DNA of 64,000 nt, taken from the NCBI GenBank assembly GCA_951406725.2, contig OX597823.1:88102001-88166000 (forward strand). Direction: 5' to 3'. Positions within the stretch are counted from its first letter, which is position 1; each line of letters starts with the position of its first letter. Shown here piece after piece: positions 55,097 to 64,000 of the stretch. The DNA comes from Octopus vulgaris (lineage: Eukaryota). The notes under the pieces were generated by a model that was given only the letters and a program-made list of their open reading frames with translations, was not told the DNA's origin and did no database searches. The translations under genes and the position numbers were made by a program.

Positions 55097-55915
55097 GAGG
55101 ATATTATGGTTTAATGGCCGATAGGTTTAAGGGGAAGGGAAGTAGCCAATTGCATCGATCCCAGTGATAAAGTAGTACTTAATTTATCGAATTGGAACCG
55201 ATAAAAAGGAAATTTTTCAAATTCCTCAGAGGAGTTTGAACACAAAACGTAAAGACGGACGCTTTGTTGTTAAATACTTTATCTGGATTGCTAACGACTC
55301 AGCCAGCTTGTTGTCTTTCCTTCCTGATTTTGTCACATCGAATAGTCGAACATTATTTTGTCGACTAGAATAACATTAAGTAGTGAATCTGCAGAAAATC
55401 TGTGATGCATAAAACCGGACAAGTAGAATTTTAAACTTATTTAGAACTTACAGACAACAGGCTGATGTAATTCTTTTAGCAACAGACAGTCTCTTTTAAA
55501 AGCCACTCTTAAATATCAACACCCATTAAATGACATCTTAGAGAATACACGAGGAGAGTCTTAGCTTCACAATGTATCAGTATCAATTGGTATAAGTGAA
55601 TTAGACTATTTCCTCTATTTCTAGAATAGTTAGCTATTAAAAATACGGGCTTAAATATGCGATGCAACGTTACGTCATTTCTAAGTTCACATAGAAGAGT
55701 GTAAGAAGAACTTTTTGAATATAGCATTGGCATAGGAAAGCCAGAAATACTATTCATGTGACATTTTCTGAAGATCTCATAACTTATTGAAACAGAAATG
55801 ATTACTACATGGATGATGTTGTTTAAAATATTGGAATCATTAAAACATTTTATATTCACTTCTTATCACATATCAGAATAGGATGGTTTAGAGACATACA
55901 AACTTCTTGTAATTA

Positions 55916-56298
55916 TAATTTTACGAATATTGTTGCATTTGGGGATGGTCATGTTGCCAATTTAGCCAATAAAAACACACGCACTATATATTTGGTGTTC
56001 ATTTGCTTCAGCTTTATTTTTTTACATTAATCGTATTTCGGCCATAGTTCTTTCGTCACACTTCTGTGACCTCGCCAGTGTTCCTTTGCTTTCTTCTTTC
56101 TTATTTGCGTGTTTTCCTTACTAACGATCAGCCAATAAAATAAAGCTGAAGCAAATTAACACCAAATATCTAGTGCGTGTGTTTTTATTGCCTAAACTGG
56201 CAACATGACCATCCCCAAATACAACAATATGTTTCAACACACGATTTCACATCAAGAATCTTGCAAAACGAATATATAAACGTAATTTTACGAATATT
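55916..56298. mobile_element. Penelope-like inverted element with hammerhead-like core and 16-bp flanking direct repeat
   Basis: Inverted arms about 55927-56020 and 56136-56230; minus strand CTGGCGA-G-GTCACA-gaag-TGTGAC-GAAA at 56078-56051; TAATTTTACGAATATT at 55916-55931 and 56283-56298. Confidence 0.7.
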
Positions 56299-56837
56299 AT
56301 CTTGAAACGTGAAAGCGGCTACACATTGAGTATACATGAATAGATAATATATCAATTAAGTAAATACTAGAAATATTTTAGAACTCTCTACTCGAAGACG
56401 AATGTGAGTTAACAGTAGTTAGTGATACACAAATTAACACGTCGTTTGTCCAAAATATTTCAGCATGAAATTTTATGCCAGATTTTGTCAGTTATAATAG
56501 AATATAAAACTATAAGCATAATCCTTTGTACGAAATTAGCTTATGCTCTGCAAAACCAGGTTCAACTCAGGATGTTCAAAGCATTTTCACTGCCCCCTCA
56601 AAAAAATCAAAAGCACAAAAATTAAGGGTCTGCTTCCACCCCTGAATCACTTCTGTCTGAGTTCATGATTATTAGTGTTTTTTTCTTTAACATGGTGACT
56701 AAATAAAAATTGACAATTCAACTTTCGTTTGAATGCCCTTCATCTTTACAAATAATGGTCTTCCTGAAGATTTAAATAACCAAGATTTTATTATTGACCC
56801 GTTATTCAACAAGCAGTAATATATTAAATTCATTTCA

Positions 56838-57030
56838 GGCAGCGAGCTGGTAGAATCGCTAGCACACCGGACAAAATGCTTTGCATTATTTTGTCCGACT
56901 TTAGGTTCTAAGTTCAAATGCTGCTGAGGTCGACTTTTTCTGCGTCGATAAAATAAGCAACAATCGAACACTGCGATCGATAAAATCGACCTAACAACTT
57001 CTTCGAAATTGCTGGTGTTGTGCCAAAAAA
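56838..57030 (+). mobile_element. SINE family B, diverged
   Basis: ggcagcgagctggtagaatcgctagcac head and core. Confidence 0.7.
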
Positions 57031-58715
57031 AACTTCTCTCCAAAAATTGTCGAATACATTTGAGAACATTTACTCCAGAATATTTCATTCGTGTAAAGCT
57101 GAAGTGTATATCAAAGTTATGTTGAACTATTGCCCAGCAAATTGTAAAATATTTGCTGCATTATTCAAAAGAAGTCAATGACAATTTGCCATGTGTATAA
57201 AGTAATTAGTGGAGAGCTTTTGATATATCTCTTAAGATAAGTTTTTCTGAATGCTGAACTTCATAAATTCCATGTCACAACGATGAACATCGTGAAAGCT
57301 ACAGCATCAAACAATATGCAATATTATGGCTGGAAATTCCATTCTGCAGTTTCTTTTATGCTTGCTAACTTTTAGCTGGCTAATAAAATAAAGTTGTCTG
57401 AGTTGCTACAAGAAAAGAAGCATATAGCATAATGTGCCATCTATGTTTCATGTGTGGTCTACTATTATATAGAGAAAAATAATATTCAGCTCGAGAACCT
57501 GCAGTATTGTGAACAGTATCTTCAGTAAATATATTAAAATATCCATAGAACTGAACACAATGTAATAAATTAACAATACAATTGAGCAGACTGGCAAGTC
57601 TAGCAGACACTTTGAATCTGTACAGTGAAGAAATAATACGGGTGATAGATAATTACGTATTCCATAAACATTGGAATGTTGCTGAGAACAAAGATTTGGT
57701 GAGAAATCTGTCTAAATAAGAGTGAGAAATGAATATATTGAGAAAATATAGTGAAAGAATAAAAAAAAAAAAAAATCTCATTTAAGCAAAAATATAATCT
57801 TTACGATTTATACATTTGGTCTCAAAGATAGCATCTATTTTTGTTGTTATATGTTGCAAATATAGTTACTATATGTCACAATGCTTGGACTGTTTGAAAG
57901 AAAATACCAGACTCTCTACGATATTGTTATTTTTGTCATGGAAATCTGAGAACATAAAGTGTCGGATGAATAATAAATGTCAAAGACCAGTTAAAGGAAG
58001 TTATCAATCACGATTATTATATTTTCTATCCAACTTGCAAAATGGTTAATACCTACAATTCTTTGAATCGGATGCTGAGAAACTAACTTATTCTACTGAT
58101 AGAAAAGCAATGTTTTGCCAAGAAACTAGATTATATTTCTAACAGGTATAATATAAGGCTTAATAAATATTTTAGTTGTTGTATTGTTTCAACATTCAAA
58201 ACTTATTTTAAATATGTCATCAGACTATGAGATTCTGAAAATTTATATCATCGGATGATGTTAGTGTTGGATTGGAAGTGAATACTGGAAGCGAATAGAA
58301 TACAAAACAATGAACAGAGAACCATTTCACTGAACCTAGTGGTCGTTAAAGACAACAGCAAAATGACATTAATAGGTACTACTCCAGAGCTATTGAACTA
58401 ATTAGACATTTAAAATAGCTTGATTTAGTTAACATAATATCTTATATATATACTCTCGAATTGCATTGCGTATATTATTGAACTGCTTTGCTATCCATTG
58501 TCAAAGTATTTACGACTATTGAGGAAAATGGTTTGTTGTTCATCGGCTGTCGTTTTTAGGTTTGACTTTGACATTTCACTTTCCGGTTGCTCTGACTGGA
58601 TCCTCTCAGCTGGAGAAGTGTCCTTCATATAGTCTTCAGTGAATATTTTATTGCATACACATGTTCTCCTTAATAGGCTTTTGATCTGATGTAATACAAC
58701 TCCTATTAATGAACA

Positions 58716-58885
58716 ATGGATTCCCTTCATAGCAGAATTAGTAGTCAAGTGTATTTAAGTATTTTATCTGATCAAATTCATCCTATGGTTGCGGAATTGT
58801 TTCCGGAGGGAAACAAAACCTTGCAGGATGAAAATGCACCAATTCATACAGCTAAAGTTGTTACTGAATGGCACGAGGAACTTTC
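58716..58885 (+). pseudogene. Tc1-type DDE transposase fragment
   Basis: YLSILSDQIHPMVAELFPEGNKTLQDENAPIHTAKVVTEWHEE matches the FQDDNAPIH motif. Confidence 0.8.
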
Positions 58886-59365
58886 CCAACAGGTTGAACG
58901 GTCGTATGAAAGTTTCCACTTTGGTTTGTTAAACATAATCGAGGAAATGCATTCTATACATGATTGAAGAAATGCATGTCTACAATTACTAACTCTTAGC
59001 CCTGTATTCATATTAGTCAACCACCAAGAAGAAAACTTTAACAAAATAATCAAGCCTCCAGTTGATTAGATACCTTTGTTTCTGATACTAAACTCGGACG
59101 CAAGTGCTATTGCCTCAATGTCTAGTTCCTACGAGATAATGTACATCTGAAGGTTACTTGCTACCAGGGAATGTACCTCTGATGGTTAGTTTTAAACTTA
59201 GATAACATTATTCATTGACGACTACTAACATATCACTTTCCTATTTAGTTACTAGAGATAACAGCTTGACAACTATAATGATGATATATTACAATCGGTC
59301 CCGTTAATGAGTCACACTCCATTTTCGCATTATCAATAACGATTAAGTGATCAGACAACAGATCA

Positions 59366-59409
<44 letters not shown>

Positions 59410-59974
59410 GTTACCTTCTACAAGAAGTTAGTGATGAGTTTGTTTATGTTTCTCTTCGTTGTTGCATCACGCAGTCTACTAAACACAAGAGACATTTAAC
59501 ACGGTGATACATAATTGATATTTCCTTACTTAATGAATCTGGAGACATTACATCACAGTGAGAGAATTTGAGATAAAAGAAATATTTTCATAATGTGAAG
59601 ATGTAGAGACTATTTAGTTGAAATCCAAAATTTCCAAAATCGAAAAAGGCTAAATGATGTTGGCAATAGGTTTGAATATGAAAAATTCTGCATATGGTCA
59701 CACACACACACAAATATTTCATAGAAATATTGTAACAATAACATCAGTACGTCACATCCTGCTCATTAAACATTATGAAATTAGAATTAATAGTTAATAT
59801 AAGAATTTTAAATAAAGATTATTTGCAAATATAACATGGCAATCCTGGTTTAGGACGAATGTTGCTGTAATTTAGCCCCAGGAGACATCGTCTCTAGCTG
59901 GCTATACGATACGATCTGTGTCCTTATATTTTCGAACAAGGGAATCTAGCACCCCAACTCAGCTCAGAACAATA

Positions 59975-60020
59975 TCTGTGTATCGTTGATTTCCGGGTTA
60001 TTTCCCGTCATCAGCAATTT
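59975..60020 (-). ncRNA. Hammerhead-ribozyme-like core (type I, minimal)
   Basis: CTGATGA (60014-60008), CGGG-aaataa-CCCG stem II, GAAA (59993-59990), TC-aac-GA stem III, TA site at 59982-59981; stem I only about 2 bp. Confidence 0.5.
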
Positions 60021-60262
60021 TCTAATTTATAGTTGTCACTTTGAGAACTATATACTTCGAACGAGAATTCGGCAACGCTACCTCTAGCCGAACAATTCAG
60101 CCAGATAAAATAGATATTAAGTAAAACTATATATAGTGTGTATTGTTACTTGGCAAAAATAGAGAAAAAAAAATGACCAACACGAAAATTAACAATATCT
60201 ATTTAGACACAGGATTTCACAGCAGGAATCTTGTAAATCAAATACGTAAAATAAAAATATAG

Positions 60263-60646
60263 CAGGCCATCTCATAAGTTCTGTCCGATTTTACCATTTT
60301 TAAAATTGAATGAAATTTTATAGTATTTTAGAATGTTTAATGGGATTAAAACTTATTTTTATGCATTTGTGTACGTTTAAACTAATTAAATATTATTTTA
60401 CTGAATAAAAAATAAAATTTCTTTGATTAACACCCTTTCTAACATGGAAGTGTCTAAAGAGCATTTGAGGCACATAATGCTTTATGAGTACAAAATGGAA
60501 ACTCTGCAGCGGGACCGACTCAAAACATACACTCAGTTTATGGGAAAGAATGCCTGAATGAGAGAACTTGCAGAAGATTGTTTGCAAAATTCAGAAGTGA
60601 AGATTTCAGCCTTGAAGATGAAGATCGAACAGAACGTCCAGTTTAG
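60263..60646 (+). mobile_element. Mariner 5' fragment (TIR-like end and HTH-coding region)
   Basis: ATG at 60444: MEVSKEHLRHIMLYEYK, frameshift, NSAAGPTQNIHSVYGKECLNERTCRRLFAKFRSEDFSLEDEDRTERP*. Confidence 0.85.
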
Positions 60647-60882
60647 CAGATATGCTTGCTGTCCAGATGTTTAGAACGTATTACAAGAGGGACGGCAGGT
60701 AACTTATCAGCTTTGTTTAAAAATTTTTGCCGTTAGGGAAGATCCCATCAACCTATGTGCAGCATAGTTATGGGCAGCATAGGGCATATTATCTTGCAAT
60801 TACTTTTATATATCATTAATATTAATAAATACATACAGTCATGTCACATGACATTTTCTATATTTTACATAACTTGATGTGG

Positions 60883-60933
<51 letters not shown>

Positions 60934-60969
60934 TTCATCATTATTATTATCATTATTGCCATTGTTGTT

Positions 60970-61625
60970 AAGGTGGCGAGCCCGGCAAAAACGTTAGCAA
61001 GCCGGGCGAAATGCTTAGCGGTATTTCGTCTGCCGCTACTTTCTGAGTTCAAATTCCGCTGAGGTCGACTTTGCCTTTCGTCCTTTCCGGGTCGATTAAA
61101 TAAGTACCAGTTACGCACTGGGGTCGATATAATCGACTCAATCCGTTTGTCTGTCCTTGTTTGTCCTCTCTGTCTTTAGCCCCTTGTGGGTAGTAAAGAA
61201 ATAGGTATTTCGTCTGTCGCTACGTTCTGAGTTCAAATTCCGCCGAGGTCAACTTTGCCTTTCATCCTTTCGAGAGTCGTTAAATTAAGTACCAGTTGCG
61301 TACTGGTGTAGTCCTAATCGACGGACGTCTTCCCCAAAATTTCAGGCCTTATGCATATAGGAGAAATAATAATAATTATTATTACTATTATTATTATTAT
61401 TATTAAGGCGGTAAGCTGACAAAATCGTTAGCACACTGGGCAAAATGATTCGCGGCATTTGGTCTGTCTTTACGTCCCGAGTTCAAATTCCACCGAGATC
61501 GACTTTGCCTTCCATTCTATCGAATCAAAAAATTAAGTATCAATTGCGTACTGCGATCAATCTAGCCGACTGCGCTCCCCCTTCCTCAAAATGTCAGGAC
61601 TTGTGACTATAGTAGAAAAAGATTA
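60970..61625 (+). mobile_element. SINE family B dimer plus monomer in (ATT)n tracts
   Basis: Head at 60970, junction aaagaaatag|gtatttcg at about 61204, second head at about 61405. Confidence 0.88.
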
Positions 61626-63026
61626 GTATTGTTGTTGTTGTTGTGGCTGTTGCTGCTGCTGCTGCTGCTGTTGTCATTTGCTACCTAAAAGGTAACAAAT
61701 TTCCCTTGGTGTAAGATATATCGACAATATTTGACATTTTAAAAGGATCACTCTTTGACAGGTGAAGTGACTATATGTCAAAGTGATACAAACATTTTAT
61801 TTTCCGTGCAATGATGACTTGTTCAAAATATTATTTTTTCCTGCACAGCTATTCTCAATCTCTAACTTCTGCATCGTGTTGTATGACATGTATTACTTTA
61901 GATTATATATATGAGACACTTAAGTGGGTTAATCTGTCAGATGGAATGTTACCTATTTGCAATATGCAATCTTAACATCTGCTTTTATTTTCCAGTTCTA
62001 CGGAGGTGTCGGAAGAAGAATCTATAAAATATATTTATGATTGCTATAACATCTTGGATTCTGTCTTATATAGAGTGTGTTCTGTTGAATCAATCTCTCA
62101 GTAAATATCCCTGTGCTACTTATAAGATGCTGTGACACCACTCCAGAATAAAAATATTGAAAAGCTTTGAATTCCAATGAAAATGCATACACAATTTCTG
62201 GATAGATACAGACATGCATTAATACATACCAACATATATACGTAGATCTGTCTGTCTCTGTGTGTGTATGTATGTATGTATGTATGTATGTATGTATGTA
62301 TGTGTATATGAATGTTTATGTAAACAAAAACAAGACATCGTTGGCTTCAAAATTCCAAAGTGGACTCATAGTAAATTATACCGTTATCTCAAGAGGCATT
62401 CTGAAGTTGGAAAGATAAAAGTTTTTATTAAGAAAAATCCATTTTTGTGTTAGCAAAAGTTTTCCAAAAGTAGTTATCATCTAATCGATCGGACACCAAA
62501 TTGTCAATACTACATAATCACATCTTCTAAATAATTTGAAATGTGTGATAAGCAATCTTCGTTTTCTATTTCTCATTGTGTCATGTAATGTAGTGGGCAA
62601 TTCGGAGTGTGAGGATCTACGAGGCAGATATCTATTGCAATAGATAGAAATATACTCTTAGATTTATCACAAATAATGATAGAATTATAATTTCATAGAA
62701 AATTCTGATTTTCTATCTGGTTTGGAAGAATGATATCATTGTACATGGGACGATCATTACGCCAATAATATACACACGCACTGGCTCTCTTTCACAATTA
62801 TTATTGTTGATCAAACATTCAACCATTTAATAAATTATCTAATTGTTTGATTAATACTTTCGTTCTCTCCACTTTATGTGTACTTCAGGGGATTATCGGC
62901 TATTGCGTAAAAGTTAGCTAATAACAAAATTCCAAATCCCCAAGGGTTTAGCACTTTCAGTATTCTTATTAAAGTACACAGCGGGCTATTCTATTTACCG
63001 CATTGAAACAAAAACGAAATAAGTGC

Positions 63027-63122
63027 TGGCGTGGCTGTGTGGTAAGAGATTCGCTTTCTGACCACATAGTTCCGAATTTAGTCACATGACTAACACCTTG
63101 GACAAGTGTCTTCTACTATAGC
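63027..63122 (+). mobile_element. SINE family A head fragment
   Basis: gtggctgtgtggtaag..caccttggacaagtgtcttctactatagc. Confidence 0.65.
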
Positions 63123-64000
63123 TGATACATAATCATTTCTATGATTGTGTGTGTTTTGTGTATGCATAACATCAGTGGAAACGGAGCAGTGAAAGTGGTT
63201 GTGTGATTGCATCTACGTAGATCGAAAAAGAAATTCCATTCTAGATTGAGTAAAGGATTTCCATGAAAATATATAAATAATTCCATAAACAAAGAAGTCT
63301 AAATATTTAATGAATATTAAATGGTTGCCAAATAGAAATAGGACACGATGACATAGGGCGATGACAATAGGGACGATGACATATTAAAATCCCAAGCTGT
63401 TTCGAGCTCGGATGCTTGGGAAAAGGGAGAATCCTTTATATTTTGAGTATAACGTAACTTATTTTCTTATTGGTGAAGTTTTATTGAATTTTATTATTTA
63501 TTGATGCAGACAGTCACTAGTTTTCTGGAGTTAAATAATGATTGTATTGAGTACAACTAAGTCTAGGAACATATAAAACAGATCTCAAGGAATTGAATTT
63601 CGCCAGAAAAAAAATTGATTAAAAACTAAGTGGATAATACAAGAGAGATTTCTTGAATTTATGTCTCCTGTATTGCAAGATGCCTTTGGTTATTATGGCG
63701 ATTTTTATTTTGTTTTTGTAATGGCTCATATTAGCGAAGCATTTTACCATTCACAGAGGATTCGGTATTGAAAGTAAAATGGAAAAACAAAAATCACTTT
63801 GTAAGCAACGAAGAAAACACACGAGAAAATTGGCTAAGTTAATCAAGTGTGTAAAAATCCAATCGGAAAATTTGTAATTTTTCTTTCATATCGTATGTAC
63901 TTTTTTCCTTTTTTAGTGAATTAACATTCTTTTGTGATGAATCACTTGGGGCTAAGCTTATTTCTTCGCATCAGACTTTAATCAAATTTTGAATTTGATG

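Noticed and set aside
60883-61405. Family B SINE mobilised by the TAA-targeting Dong element
   Set aside because: The SINE sense strand is mostly flanked by (ATT)n whereas Dong tails are (AAT)n, and I see no shared 3' sequence.
61996-62103. Plus-strand exon candidate after ttttattttccAG (a similar site lies at about 1629)
   Set aside because: No recognisable peptide or convincing donor; such acceptors are expected by chance in AT-rich DNA.

Overview
This is AT-rich, microsatellite-dense eukaryotic DNA, not a prokaryotic locus. The repeat families look like those of an octopus genome (recognition from sequence only, not a search result). Nearly all ORF-track entries are artefacts of (TA)n/(CA)n/(AAT)n tracts or SINEs. 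The one convincing host coding segment is a 198-bp, phase 0-0, minus-strand exon (17428-17625). It encodes loop A to the Pro-loop of a pentameric ligand-gated ion channel in which the first Cys-loop cysteine is replaced by Glu, so it is a candidate Cys-less 'Pro-loop' receptor. No sister exons were recognised, so the window is probably mostly giant introns. The rest is mobile DNA: two abundant SINE families (one with a Meta-like core, in dimers/arrays), other tRNA-derived SINEs, a young 5'-truncated CR1/L2-type LINE, R4/Dong relics in (TAA)n tracts, mariner/Tc1 relics, a non-autonomous Helitron and a MITE. Several Penelope-like inverted repeats carry hammerhead-ribozyme-like cores. Coordinates of decayed elements are approximate.
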